Position numbers and translations under genes: made by a program. Below, one piece after another: positions 52,820 to 62,923 of a DNA stretch of 64,000 bases (the first letter of the stretch is position 1; the number at the start of each line of letters is the position of its first letter). The DNA is from Patescibacteria group bacterium (GTDB taxonomy: Bacteria; Patescibacteriota; Microgenomatia; UBA10105; UBA927), in NCBI GenBank assembly GCA_041753515.1, contig JBGSUE010000045.1, positions 2,027 through 66,026 on the forward strand, given 5' to 3'. The notes beneath the pieces are model-generated. The model had not been told where the DNA came from, made no database searches, and was given only the letters and a program-made list of their open reading frames with translations.

Positions 52820-53281
52820 ATGAAAAATCCATTTAGTAGACCACAAACAATATATCAATACTATCCGACGTATCAAATCCTGTGTCATGGAATCGGAATC
52901 TGGCTGATCTATCAAACGTACATATCCGGAAGTCTGTCACTCCTCTACCCGTCTGTTGCAGCAATTCTATTCTTTGCGGGGATAGGCCTCACAATCCGGG
53001 CCTCGTGCCGTTGGCATTTCGGGAAAAACTTTTGGTGGGATATACCCCGAAAAATGATACGGATGCGCGCTGTCATCATCATCACATCCCTGTTGTGGAT
53101 ATCATACATCGTCGGATCAGCGCTCATCGTACATCCAAATATGATCCTCAACAGAATCGGATTGCTCTTATCGGTTCTGGGCACTCTCAGGATCATCGTT
53201 CCGGTTATGCTCATGGTATATTCCATGATACGTGTATGTGCAAACCGTAACTATCGCGAATCCGATCCAAGGGAATTCTAA
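52820..53281 (+). CDS. small membrane protein (4-5 TM)
   Basis: Hydrophobic helices; flanked by motif copies at 52722-52742 (inverted) and 53383-53405. Confidence 0.45.
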   Translation: MKNPFSRPQTIYQYYPTYQILCHGIGIWLIYQTYISGSLSLLYPSVAAILFFAGIGLTIRASCRWHFGKNFWWDIPRKMIRMRAVIIITSLLWISYIVGSALIVHPNMILNRIGLLLSVLGTLRIIVPVMLMVYSMIRVCANRNYRESDPREF

Positions 53282-53403
53282 ATCAACTATACGCAGTGCA
53301 CGAAAACTGCTGAAACAGCAGCTCACATTCATATGGAGTCATGTGATGGGACCGGTCATCCGTCGTGCACTGAGTGGCAACAAAAATAAGATTGTGCGGT
53401 TTT

Positions 53404-54009
53404 TTACTTTTTCAAATAGTTTTTAATCTTCTTCACGGATCCCGGGACGTCAAAGCTGTCGAATACAATCCCGTGCCAACCAAGGGATTTTGCCACGTCG
53501 ATGTGCTTTTCCACATAATCAATGAACAGGATTTCTTCAGGTTGAACACCTGCACCGATCAAGGCGATATCATAAATTTTGCGCTCCGGTTTTATCGTTT
53601 TATGCGAGCCGGATTCCACGATATGTGACCAGACATCCCCGGGATACAAACCTTTCCGAATCTGTACTGCTATCATGCCCGGTTCTGCATTTGAGAGAAT
53701 TCCCAATTTATATTGATTCTTCAATTCATCAATGAGATCAAGTGTTTCACGATAGACTCCCTGAAAATCCGTCACGAAATCTACCAGATCATCCGTTTCG
53801 TGTTTCACGCCAACCAAACGCAGTGCATCCATGAATGTTTTTCCCGGCAGTTCTCCCCTGCTGGACTCCATCCAGTATTGCCGGATGACACTTTCAACCG
53901 CATCGTATGCAATTCCGTACGTATCAGCAATTTTCTGCATACCTTCAAAATTATTCACTATCACCCCACCGAGATCAAAATAGATAAATTTGATGTTTTT
54001 ATATTTCAT
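53404..54009 (-). CDS. HAD-like hydrolase
   Basis: KFIYFDLGGVIV motif-I variant, GILSN motif II, C-terminal Asp motif region. Confidence 0.6.
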   Translation of the reverse strand: MKYKNIKFIYFDLGGVIVNNFEGMQKIADTYGIAYDAVESVIRQYWMESSRGELPGKTFMDALRLVGVKHETDDLVDFVTDFQGVYRETLDLIDELKNQYKLGILSNAEPGMIAVQIRKGLYPGDVWSHIVESGSHKTIKPERKIYDIALIGAGVQPEEILFIDYVEKHIDVAKSLGWHGIVFDSFDVPGSVKKIKNYLKK

Positions 54010-54026
54010 AATTGTTTAACAACTAG

Positions 54027-54086
54027 ATGCTGAAACGAGTTCAGCATGACATAAAAAGTCATCCCGAACTTGTTTCGGGATCTCGT
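54027..54086. repeat. two-hairpin palindromic repeat module (copy B), abutting the gatD stop
   Basis: ATGCTGAA-ACGAG-TTCAGCAT GACAT ... GTCATCCCGAA-CTTGT-TTCGGGAT CTCGTT; opposite orientation to copy A. Confidence 0.6.
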
Positions 54087-54845
54087 TCAAATTATTTTCA
54101 ACCGTTTCAGCATAAAATCATGTGCTTGCCATTCGAGTGTATCATCAAGACCGGAAAGCATGATTTTCTTCTTATACTTCACTTCCAGTGCTTGTGCTAT
54201 CAGCCAATCGGCAATATGGGGGTTTTTTGGCAAAAACGGACCATGGGAGTATGTGGCGATGCAATTCTTGTAGACTGCCCCTTCCGTCCCGTCCTCCCCG
54301 TTATTCCCGCTTCCATACAGAACCGTAGCGAATGGTTTCACGCCTTCCCCCAAATATGTCCGTCCCCCATGATTCTCAAATCCTACTAATGTACTTTTCC
54401 CTTTTCCCTTTTCCCTCAGTACTCCAACAAAATTTCCTATACATCTGGGTTTATCTTTTCCGAAATGCCTCGTTTCCATATCAAAAATTCCCAAGCCATC
54501 AAGTCTGTTTCCGTTGCCGTCCATATACCAGTGTCCCAACAGCTGAGGGGCGCCGCAGACAAAGAGTCCCGGAATACCCGAATCGAACATTTTTTTCAGC
54601 ACAGGTCCCTTATTCTGCAACAGGTCATTGATCACGATATTCTGCTGCCGATCCTGCGCCCCGCCTCCGAATATGAGGTCACACAATTGAACATCTTTTA
54701 TATCCGTATTAAATTCAATCGGAATGATCTTTACACTTATTTTACGCCACACACATCTCTTTTCGAGGACAATAATATTTCCCCTGTCTCCGTAGGTAGA
54801 CATGAGTTCCGGATAGAGCCAGCCAATCACAAGCTTGTAGTTCAT
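54087..54845 (-). CDS. gatD: lipid II isoglutaminyl synthase glutaminase subunit (CobQ-like GATase)
   Basis: Close match to characterised GatD: YGDRGNIIVL, FGGGAQDRQQ, GFENHGGRTY, YSHGPFLPKNPHIADWL. Confidence 0.85.
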   Translation of the reverse strand: MNYKLVIGWLYPELMSTYGDRGNIIVLEKRCVWRKISVKIIPIEFNTDIKDVQLCDLIFGGGAQDRQQNIVINDLLQNKGPVLKKMFDSGIPGLFVCGAPQLLGHWYMDGNGNRLDGLGIFDMETRHFGKDKPRCIGNFVGVLREKGKGKSTLVGFENHGGRTYLGEGVKPFATVLYGSGNNGEDGTEGAVYKNCIATYSHGPFLPKNPHIADWLIAQALEVKYKKKIMLSGLDDTLEWQAHDFMLKRLKII

Positions 54846-54876
54846 AAAGTACTTAGGGAAAAGGAAAAAGGCATAA

Positions 54877-54892
54877 AGGTGAAAGGTGAAAG
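54877..54892. repeat. AGGTGAAAGGTGAAAG (inverted copy of CTTTCACCT x2) flanking the 4HB gene
   Basis: Reverse complement of the CTTTCACCT doublet at 55248-55272. Confidence 0.5.
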
Positions 54893-54900
54893 TGCTAAGG

Positions 54901-55245
54901 TCATAACGTTTTTATGAGACCGGACAAAATTTTGGATATCTCAAGTGTCATCTGCAAACAATAATCAAAATCACTTTTATTCATAAATTTCAAATCATAC
55001 GCAAGATAACACATTGAACGAACTTCAGCACATGATCCTTTAGATATATACAAAAACTTCACAAATTCTTTATTGCCTTTTCTTTCAAAACCTTCAGCAA
55101 TATTGTTCATAATGGATACAACTGCACGCTGAAGTTGATCACGGAATGAATAATCTTTACACGCCCGAAAAATTTCATAAATTTTTTTCGTAAGTTCAAA
55201 TGATTTCTTCCATGCAATAATATCCTCAAATTTCTCAATACTCAT
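54901..55245 (-). CDS. four-helix-bundle protein (23S rRNA intervening-sequence protein family)
   Basis: IAWKKSFELTKKIYEIF...RDQLQRAVVSIMNNIAEGFERKGNKEFVKFLYISKGSCAEV matches the family consensus. Confidence 0.8.
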   Translation of the reverse strand: MSIEKFEDIIAWKKSFELTKKIYEIFRACKDYSFRDQLQRAVVSIMNNIAEGFERKGNKEFVKFLYISKGSCAEVRSMCYLAYDLKFMNKSDFDYCLQMTLEISKILSGLIKTL

Positions 55246-55247
55246 AT

Positions 55248-55272
55248 CCTTTCACCTCAGAACTTTCACCTT
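55248..55272. repeat. CTTTCACCT doublet flanking the 4HB gene (right side)
   Basis: CCTTTCACCTCAGAACTTTCACCT. Confidence 0.5.
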
Positions 55273-55276
55273 ATAC

Positions 55277-56647
55277 CTAATTAATTTTTCTCCCGGTTAA
55301 TATTTCCCTTATTTCTAACATCGCGGAATATGTAGGCAGAATCCATAAAATCTCATTCTCATCCGATAACTCAATAGCCTTCTCTAATGCAATTCTCATA
55401 TCTTCAAATACATACGCCCTTTCCCCTTTTTCCTTTTCCCTTTCACCTTGCATTTCTTCCCTTTCCCCTTTCTCCTTTTCCCTTTCACCTAACCCAGCAT
55501 ACTTCAATCGAAGCGCCATATCGTAACCGCGATCTCCGGAAACGATAAGCTTCCTTTTCCCGTCAATCATTTCAAAGTCCACATCCCAGATCCAGGATAC
55601 ATCCGTACCATCGGGAATCCGATCGTTTAATAGAAATAAAATAGGGCCTTTTTTGGGAAGAACGGTACGGAGCGACTCGTTGAATCCGGCAGGGTTTTTT
55701 GAAAGTAATATTTTTATGTTCTTCCCCTTATGTACAATTTCTTCCTGCCGACCAAATGCCGGACGGAACAATCTGAGCGAATTCTGATCTTGTACACCCA
55801 ATATCCGTGCACACAACACTGCAGCAAGGGTATTATAGACGTTGTATGTCCCTTCCAGAGGGCTTTTGACATCACCAGACTGTATCCGTACGTCAGGATG
55901 CGTAAACCCACATTTACCGCAGCTGTACTTACCCAGATGCGAAAAATACACACCTCCGTACGTCAACCGCTGATTACAGGACGGACAATAAATGGAGTCA
56001 GTGGCATGCTGTATGTTCGTCAAAAACAACTCCCTGTTTTCCAAACCAAAATACTGTACGTTCTTCAACTTTTTTCCAATATATGCCAACTGGGGATCAT
56101 CGGCATTGATGACAAATGCCGTCGCATGCATATTCCCGAACGTTCCGGCCCATTTTACCGCAATCGCATCCACTTCACCGTACCGGTCCAACTGATCGCG
56201 AAACAGATTCAGAAGAACGAGGATATCCGGCGGTTTCTGCCGACACATACCGCCAAGCGCAGATTCATCGACTTCAAAAATATACACATCGTGTTTCAGT
56301 TTCCCCAGGATTGTCGTATCCGCGCATAAAACCGATACGAGGCCGTTGTCTAAATTAGCCCCGCTATCATTCCGTTTCACCTTTACACCGGATTTTCGCA
56401 GAATTGTTTCAAGCATGGAGGCTGTCGTCGTTTTTCCGTTCGTACCGGCAATATATAGTACTTTTTTACTTCGAAAATCAAAATGGGAAAGAATATCGGG
56501 TGAAATCCGGAGAGCCACCTCCCCCGGCCACGTCCCCCCAGATCCTTTTTTCAACAACTGAATGACAGAGCGAGAAATACGGGAGGCAACGACAGCAAAC
56601 CGGTCACGGATGGAAAGCATGAATATATTATCTCTTAATACAAACAT
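55277..56647 (-). CDS. murT: lipid II isoglutaminyl synthase Mur-ligase subunit
   Basis: Mur ligase P-loop YIAGTNGKTTT, DUF1727 C-terminus with CPSCNQRL...CGKCGF zinc ribbon; ORF-track N-terminal extension trimmed (start could also be 56620). Confidence 0.85.
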   Translation of the reverse strand: MFVLRDNIFMLSIRDRFAVVASRISRSVIQLLKKGSGGTWPGEVALRISPDILSHFDFRSKKVLYIAGTNGKTTTASMLETILRKSGVKVKRNDSGANLDNGLVSVLCADTTILGKLKHDVYIFEVDESALGGMCRQKPPDILVLLNLFRDQLDRYGEVDAIAVKWAGTFGNMHATAFVINADDPQLAYIGKKLKNVQYFGLENRELFLTNIQHATDSIYCPSCNQRLTYGGVYFSHLGKYSCGKCGFTHPDVRIQSGDVKSPLEGTYNVYNTLAAVLCARILGVQDQNSLRLFRPAFGRQEEIVHKGKNIKILLSKNPAGFNESLRTVLPKKGPILFLLNDRIPDGTDVSWIWDVDFEMIDGKRKLIVSGDRGYDMALRLKYAGLGEREKEKGEREEMQGEREKEKGERAYVFEDMRIALEKAIELSDENEILWILPTYSAMLEIREILTGRKIN

Positions 56648-56650
56648 TTT

Positions 56651-56748
56651 GTCATTGCGAGACCGTTCCCACGGCGAAGCCCTGCCTGCCGGCAGGCAGG
56701 AATCTCGTTCGGGATCGCCACGCCAAGCTAAGCTTGGCTCGCGATGAC
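56651..56748. repeat. MITE-like element bounded by 11-bp inverted repeat GTCATTGCGAG/CTCGCGATGAC, with internal palindromes (copy C-related)
   Basis: CCTGCCTGCCGGCAGGCAGG 20-bp palindrome, CCAAGCTAAGCTTGG palindrome, GGAATCTCGTTCGGGAT related to copies A and B. Confidence 0.55.
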
Positions 56749-56752
56749 ACAT

Positions 56753-58837
56753 TTAATTCGGCTGGGTAAAGACAATCTTGGAGTTTTTATAGTCAATAGT
56801 GATCTGGGAGCCTTCAGGATATTTTCCCTCAAGAATCAACATGGAGAGAGGATCCAGGATGTGCTCTTCAATGGCCCGCTTGAGGGGTCGCGCCCCATAC
56901 ACTGTATCGTACCCGATTTCACTCATGTGTTTTGAAAGTGCATCCGTAAACCGGACGGTTATCCCTTTTGTCATGAGACGGGTTGAAACAAGCTCAAGCT
57001 GGAGTTGTGTGATACGTGCAACCATTTCGGGTGTCAGGGCGGTAAATGCAATAATCGAGTCCAACCGGTTGATAAATTCCGGTTTAAACCGCTTCACCAC
57101 GTCTCCCTCCGGCATATTGGAAGTCATAATAAGTATCGTATTTTTAAAATTGACTGTCCTGCCCCGGCCGTCCGTAAGTCTCCCCTCATCAAATATCTGA
57201 AGAAACGCATGAAATACATTCGGGTGGGCTTTTTCAATCTCATCAAACAGGACCACACTGTATGGCTTCCTGCGCACCGCCTCGGACAGCTGTCCTCCCT
57301 CCTCGTACCCGATGTACCCCGGAGGAGCACCTGTCAGGCGCGCCACCGAATGCGGCTCCTGGTATTCACTCATGTCGATGCGTACGATACTTTTTTCATC
57401 ATTAAACAAATATGCTGCCAGGGCTTTCGCTGTTTCGGTTTTTCCGACACCGGTGGGACCTAAAAACAGAAACGTACCGATGGGCTTGCCCTCCTCCCCG
57501 ATCCCTGCACGGTTCCGGCGTATGGCATCCGATACAGCTTTAAGCGCTTCCGGCTGACCAATCACGCGTTTCCCCAGCTCACCCTCAAGATGCACAAGCT
57601 TTTCGGTTTCACCCCGCAGGAGTCGTGTCACAGGAATATTCGTCCAGCGGGAGACGACTTTGGCCACATCATCCTGCGTCACTTCCTCGCGAAGCATCCG
57701 CTCATCCTCGGGAATTTTAACCAACTGATCCTCAAGTATCCGTATAGCTTTTTCAAGACCCGGAATTTTCCCGTACTTGAGCTCGGCTGCTTCTTCAAGC
57801 AGCGCATCACGCTCGGCTTTCTCAAGCGTTACCCGCAACTGGTCCAGGTCCACCCGCTGTTTCTGGAGTTTCCCGATCAGGTCCTTCTGTTCGCTCCAAC
57901 GTTCCATTAGCATTTTTTCCTGTTTTTTGAGTGTATCTAGCTCCCCGTCAAGTTCACGCTTTCGCGCATCCGCCCCTTTTTCACGCTTGAGCGCCGCTTT
58001 TTCAATCTCACGCTGTGTAATCGTACGCTTGAGCTCATCCAGCTCTATCGGCATACTTTCCGTATTGATCTTTATCGCCGATGCAGCTTCATCTATTAAA
58101 TCAATTGCTTTATCCGGCAGAAAACGATCCGGAATATAGCGGACCGACAGAGTGACAGCCGCGATCAGCGCATCATCAGCAATCCTGATTCCGTGATGGA
58201 GCTCATACGTATGTTTGATGCCGCGCAGGATCGTGAGTGCATCTTCCGGTTTGGGCTCCTCAAGATACACGGGCTGAAATCTGCGCTCAAGTGCCGCATC
58301 TTTCTCAATATACTGCCGGTACTCCCGCACAGTCGTTGCCCCAATAGCATGCAGTTCCCCGCGGGCCAGCGCCGGTTTCAAAATATTTGCTGCATCCATG
58401 GATCCGCCGACGGCTCCTGCTCCTACAAGCGTATGAAGTTCATCCATAAATAGAATATATTTCCCTCCAGCCTCACCAACTTTTACTATAAGCTTCTTTA
58501 ACCGCTCCTCAAACTGACCCCGGAACGCACTTCCGGCAACCAGTGATGCTATGTCCAACACCAGAATTTCTTTATCTTTGAGTGTTGAGGGGACATCTCC
58601 GGCAATAATGCGAAGTGCCAACCCCTCAACGACCGCAGTTTTACCAACACCTGGGTCACCTAATAAAACGGGGTTATTTTTCGTCCGGCGGGCTAAAATC
58701 TGCATAATCCTGCGGATTTCCTCGCCCCGTCCGATGACCGGATCAAGTTTACCCCCACGGGCTTTTTCCGTGAGATTTACAGTAAACGCCGATAGGACGT
58801 CTTGTTCATCATTGTCCGGTTGAAAATTTATATCCAT
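56753..58837 (-). CDS. clpB: ClpB-type AAA+ disaggregase lacking the N-terminal domain
   Basis: Two Walker A sites ([18 protein letters not shown]), long M-domain coiled coil, C-terminal [10 protein letters not shown]; starts at D1. Confidence 0.9.
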   Translation of the reverse strand: MDINFQPDNDEQDVLSAFTVNLTEKARGGKLDPVIGRGEEIRRIMQILARRTKNNPVLLGDPGVGKTAVVEGLALRIIAGDVPSTLKDKEILVLDIASLVAGSAFRGQFEERLKKLIVKVGEAGGKYILFMDELHTLVGAGAVGGSMDAANILKPALARGELHAIGATTVREYRQYIEKDAALERRFQPVYLEEPKPEDALTILRGIKHTYELHHGIRIADDALIAAVTLSVRYIPDRFLPDKAIDLIDEAASAIKINTESMPIELDELKRTITQREIEKAALKREKGADARKRELDGELDTLKKQEKMLMERWSEQKDLIGKLQKQRVDLDQLRVTLEKAERDALLEEAAELKYGKIPGLEKAIRILEDQLVKIPEDERMLREEVTQDDVAKVVSRWTNIPVTRLLRGETEKLVHLEGELGKRVIGQPEALKAVSDAIRRNRAGIGEEGKPIGTFLFLGPTGVGKTETAKALAAYLFNDEKSIVRIDMSEYQEPHSVARLTGAPPGYIGYEEGGQLSEAVRRKPYSVVLFDEIEKAHPNVFHAFLQIFDEGRLTDGRGRTVNFKNTILIMTSNMPEGDVVKRFKPEFINRLDSIIAFTALTPEMVARITQLQLELVSTRLMTKGITVRFTDALSKHMSEIGYDTVYGARPLKRAIEEHILDPLSMLILEGKYPEGSQITIDYKNSKIVFTQPN

Positions 58838-58907
58838 ATGATGAGTATGACATAATTAGCACTCATCTGTCAAGAGTGCTAAAAGAGGAAAAGGGACATT
58901 TTTTGCT

Positions 58908-59477
58908 TCAGATATCTCCTTCAAACGAAATATCTATCTCTGACAATCCGATTGACCGGTAAAATGCATGGGCACCGGTATTTTTCCAGTACGCATTCAC
59001 ATATACCCGTTCCATACCCTGTTTTTTTGCCCACATTCTAAAGTGATCCACGAGCATTTTACCGATTTTTTGCGACCGGTAAACCTTCGTGACTCCTATG
59101 TGACTGATCTCCGCAATCCTGACAGCGCGGTATGGAAATTTCTTCTCCGTACCGGCAACATACCCGATAGGTATTGACCCGCGATATGCAATAAGGCAAC
59201 AGTAATGGGAAGATGCCGTACACATTTTATAATGTTCAATCGCATTTTGCGATTCGGGCCAGCTGTGATCCAGCCACGGATCTGACTGACGATCATTGGA
59301 AACTACCTCTTTATTCAGTTTTTGGATGATGTTCCAGTCTTCCGGTTTAGCCTGTCTGATATCTATTATAGGCTTATGGTTATCAGTCAATGACATAGAC
59401 TGCAATATTACATGGATCGGAGCATTCTGATGCGCTCTTTTATTGGTGGATGGGTATTGAACAAATTGGAGAACCAC
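58908..59477 (-). CDS. GNAT-family N-acetyltransferase
   Basis: Acetyl-CoA binding motif VYRSQKIGKMLVDHF and GNAT fold length. Confidence 0.8.
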   Translation of the reverse strand: MVLQFVQYPSTNKRAHQNAPIHVILQSMSLTDNHKPIIDIRQAKPEDWNIIQKLNKEVVSNDRQSDPWLDHSWPESQNAIEHYKMCTASSHYCCLIAYRGSIPIGYVAGTEKKFPYRAVRIAEISHIGVTKVYRSQKIGKMLVDHFRMWAKKQGMERVYVNAYWKNTGAHAFYRSIGLSEIDISFEGDI

Positions 59478-60328
59478 GCATGGTATTCTTTCCCCTTAAA
59501 CGGATTTGTAATGAAAAGATGGGCCGTCGCATTCGTTGCCGCTTCCAATACTTCACGATCACCCGAAAGCTTTTCCAGGGCACGCGCCAATCCCTCAGGA
59601 TACCTGGTAAGGCTCGCGCCTGAGGCATCAGCCAGATATTCACGCCTGCGTGAAATTGCAAGCTGGATGAGAGAAGCAATAATCGGCGACAGGATGGCCA
59701 ACACAATACCGACAATGATCAGTATGCCACCCATATTCCGGTTTTCCCCGTCACTGCGCCTGCTTCCGCCTCCCCACCAAAGGCTACGCATAAACCAGTC
59801 GGCCAAAAATGCAATTGTTCCGGCCAATACGGCCACAACAGCCATAAGCCGTATATCGTAATTTTTTATATGCGAGAGTTCGTGGGCAATGACACCTTCC
59901 AGTTCCCGCCGTTCAAGCCGTGTGAGGAGGCCTGTGGTAGCACATACTATGGCATGCTGAGGGTCCCTACCGCTGGCAAATGCATTCATGGCGGTATCCT
60001 CAATCACATAAAGCCTGGGCTTGGGAATACCTGCCGCCATTGCCAGATTTTCCGTCACGGTGAATAAGTCAAAATCACGCTTGCGGTCTGCAGGCCTGGC
60101 CCCGGACATAGCAAGAACCATCTGATCCCCGAAATAGTAGCTGATAAAACTAGAAACGACGGAAAACAGCACGGCAATCCAAACAAATTGCGTTCCATTC
60201 CCCGAGACAATACCGGCAATGTATGCAAAAAATACAACAAATGCCACAAAACCAGCCATAAAGGCAAAAGATTTTGTCTTATTTGCCGTGATCTGACTAT
60301 TGATGCTCATACGCACAAAAGTATGCAC
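59408..60328 (-). CDS. htpX: M48-family zinc protease HtpX
   Basis: HELSHIKNYD HExxH motif, four TM helices. Confidence 0.85.
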   Translation of the reverse strand: MHTFVRMSINSQITANKTKSFAFMAGFVAFVVFFAYIAGIVSGNGTQFVWIAVLFSVVSSFISYYFGDQMVLAMSGARPADRKRDFDLFTVTENLAMAAGIPKPRLYVIEDTAMNAFASGRDPQHAIVCATTGLLTRLERRELEGVIAHELSHIKNYDIRLMAVVAVLAGTIAFLADWFMRSLWWGGGSRRSDGENRNMGGILIIVGIVLAILSPIIASLIQLAISRRREYLADASGASLTRYPEGLARALEKLSGDREVLEAATNATAHLFITNPFKGKEYHAWFSNLFNTHPPIKERIRMLRSM

Positions 60329-60358
60329 TATTTAGCACTCGACTGTCAAGAGTGACAA

Positions 60359-60913
60359 TCAGGAAAACGTCACTTTGACCGGCTTTCTATCCGATTCTGA
60401 TGCTCCAAAAAACTCTTTTTCACCGAATCCGAGCTGTGAGGCAATCATATTATTCGGAAACACCTTTATTTTTACATTGTAGTCCATGACGGTCGAATTG
60501 TAATACTGCCGTGAATAGGCCACTTTATCCTCCGTGTCTGATAATTCTTTCTGAAGCTGGAGAAAATTCTCATTGGCCTTCAGCGTCGGGTAATTTTCGG
60601 CAACAGCAAACAGCTTGCCGAGTGCGCTTGTCAGCATATCGCTAGCCTCCCCCATCTTCTGCGGAGTTGTCGCGTGCATCAAGGCTGATCTAGCTTTCGT
60701 AACATCGGAAAACACCGTCTTTTCATGCTTGGCATACCCTTTCACCGTTTCCACCAGGTTCGGGATCAGATCGGCTCTGCGTTTGAGCTGTACATCAATC
60801 TGACTCCACGCTTCCTCTATGCGTGTTTTCATGGTAATCAACCCGTTGTACAGGCTCCACAAATAGGCAACAATCAGGGCTATACCGCCGCCCGCTATCA
60901 TAAATGGATTCAT
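60359..60913 (-). CDS. lemA: LemA-family protein
   Basis: N-terminal TM then LemA pattern ([34 protein letters not shown]). Confidence 0.85.
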   Translation of the reverse strand: MNPFMIAGGGIALIVAYLWSLYNGLITMKTRIEEAWSQIDVQLKRRADLIPNLVETVKGYAKHEKTVFSDVTKARSALMHATTPQKMGEASDMLTSALGKLFAVAENYPTLKANENFLQLQKELSDTEDKVAYSRQYYNSTVMDYNVKIKVFPNNMIASQLGFGEKEFFGASESDRKPVKVTFS

Positions 60914-62691
60914 AACTCACCTCCTTTTAACCATATGAGTATATCATGATATGGCATCGTGTTGACAACATCCTTTTTTTCAAGCCATCCGCGCTGGGCC
61001 GTCCAGACTCCGTACTGCATCACATCCATGCCGTCCAGATCATGGGAATCGGTATTGATTGCACATTTCAAACCATGTTTTACTGCCTCACGAATTAGTG
61101 CATCCGGAAGATCAAGCCGGGACGGATGGGCATTGATTTCCATTACCACAGACCTCTGAGCTGCTAACCGAAATATGTCGCTCCAGTCTGCCTCTATACT
61201 CCGGCGGCTCCCGATCAGCCGTCCGGTTGGATGTCCGAGAATCCTGACTTTCGGATGTGCACTGATCGCTTTGCGTATCCGCTCAGTCATCTGCTCGATC
61301 GGCATGGTAAAAGATGAATGGACAGAGACAATCACAGCATCAAGATAATCAAATGCATTATCGGGCAATGCGAGATCGCCGGAAGGTGTGATATCCACTT
61401 CCAGCATTGTAAAGTACATTATAGGTGTTCGAGTACTTTTAGTATACGAATAATATTCATGCTCATAATATGATTTACGTCTTTTTAATACAGTACAAAT
61501 GTCTTTTTCAGATGAGTGACTGATCCTCGGATTATGGTCGCTTATACCGATATACGAATATCCTGTCTGTTCGGTTTTTATTAATATTTCCTTAAATGTT
61601 GCAGTACCTATATCATGGGATGAATGTATATCGTACGCATCATGAATATGGAGGTCTCCCCGGATATCGTCCGGTTGAATGAGGGCTGGCAATTCACCAT
61701 CAATTGCCGCCCGGACTTCTCCCGTATCCTCCCGCAATACCGGAGGTATCCACTGCATGCCTAATTCTTTGTAAAATCTTTTCTCATCGGGAATTTTCTT
61801 TAATTTCCCGGTTTTCATATTTTTTATACCGTACTCATTCAGGCTCACTCCCCGATCAAGAGCGTAGGAACGAAGGGCGATATTATGGTTTTTCGAACCG
61901 GTAAAATACTGCAGCATTGCCCCATATGAATCAGGGTGTCCGACACGAAGGTCTATCTGGCGTCCGTTGGCTAATAGGAGCGATGCCCCAGAGGGTCCCC
62001 GTTCAATCACTGACTCATGGGGATACATGAGAAAATGGCTTAAAACCGATTCGGGATTGAGTGTGGCAACAGCAATATCAATATCCCCGATTGATTCAGC
62101 TCTTCTGCGCAGACTTCCCAATGTATCAATCTTTTCCACATCGGGTGATTGTTTCATGTGAACCACGACGCTTTGGGCAATAAAGAGAGCCTCGTCAAGC
62201 CGGATTCTTTTTTCCTTTACGGCTCCTTTACGGTACTCTTCGATATGCCGGATCAAATCTTCCTGGGATTTCTCCCCGAATCCTTCAATCGTTTCAATTT
62301 TCCTTTTTTTGCAGGCTATATACAGGTCATCAATGACCGTATCAGGTTTCGTCAGTTTCAATGTCTGTACAAGTTTATATGCCTTCTTCGGGCCGATACC
62401 CGAGACAGACAGCAGAGGAAATACGGCAGTCGGTACTTTTGAAAATACAGATTCAAAATGTGATACTTTTCCTGATTTAAACAGTTCCTCAAGATGTGAC
62501 CGGATTGTCTTGCCGATACCGGGCAATTCATCCTTCAGCGAAGATTGCACGGACAGAGGGAGACCGGCTATCGTCTCTGCCGCCTTCTCATACGCAATGA
62601 TTTTAAACCGGTTTTCACCCAATATCTCATACGCGGCAGCTATATTACGAAATAGTTCAGAAATTTGTGCATTAGTAAACGTATGACTCAT
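60910..62691 (-). CDS. DNA polymerase X family with C-terminal PHP domain
   Basis: Pol-beta-like start [34 protein letters not shown], HhH GIGPKKA, nucleotidyltransferase [18 protein letters not shown] His motifs; ORF-track extension overlaps tRNA-Asp and was trimmed. Confidence 0.85.
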   Translation of the reverse strand: MSHTFTNAQISELFRNIAAAYEILGENRFKIIAYEKAAETIAGLPLSVQSSLKDELPGIGKTIRSHLEELFKSGKVSHFESVFSKVPTAVFPLLSVSGIGPKKAYKLVQTLKLTKPDTVIDDLYIACKKRKIETIEGFGEKSQEDLIRHIEEYRKGAVKEKRIRLDEALFIAQSVVVHMKQSPDVEKIDTLGSLRRRAESIGDIDIAVATLNPESVLSHFLMYPHESVIERGPSGASLLLANGRQIDLRVGHPDSYGAMLQYFTGSKNHNIALRSYALDRGVSLNEYGIKNMKTGKLKKIPDEKRFYKELGMQWIPPVLREDTGEVRAAIDGELPALIQPDDIRGDLHIHDAYDIHSSHDIGTATFKEILIKTEQTGYSYIGISDHNPRISHSSEKDICTVLKRRKSYYEHEYYSYTKSTRTPIMYFTMLEVDITPSGDLALPDNAFDYLDAVIVSVHSSFTMPIEQMTERIRKAISAHPKVRILGHPTGRLIGSRRSIEADWSDIFRLAAQRSVVMEINAHPSRLDLPDALIREAVKHGLKCAINTDSHDLDGMDVMQYGVWTAQRGWLEKKDVVNTMPYHDILIWLKGGEL

Positions 62692-62761
62692 TACACACAT
62701 GCTACCATACCGTTGCCCACCGCTCAATTTTCCTCTATAATGAGCTGTAGTTTCGGTAGAT

Positions 62762-62837
62762 GGTCGCGTGGTGTAGCCTGGCCTAACACGTTTCCCTGTC
62801 AAGGAAAAGATCGCCGGTTCGAATCCGGTCGCGACCG
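62762..62837 (+). tRNA. tRNA-Asp (anticodon GTC)
   Basis: Hand-folded: acceptor GGTCGCG/CGCGACC, anticodon loop CTGTCAA, T-arm GCCGGTTCGAATCCGGT. Confidence 0.85.
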
Positions 62838-62923
62838 CACAGAACTCCTATCTATACAAACCAAAAAAAATATAGTATAAATTATTTTACTGCCATAATA
62901 CTTCTGCCCGGAAAGGTTTCAAC

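Noticed and set aside
56648-56752. N-terminal extensions of murT (and likewise polX 62692-62802, gatA 51366-51425, gatC 51676-51711, ygjP-like 17482-17673)
   Set aside because: The extensions run through repeat elements, a tRNA or neighbouring genes. The conserved N-termini begin at internal Met codons.
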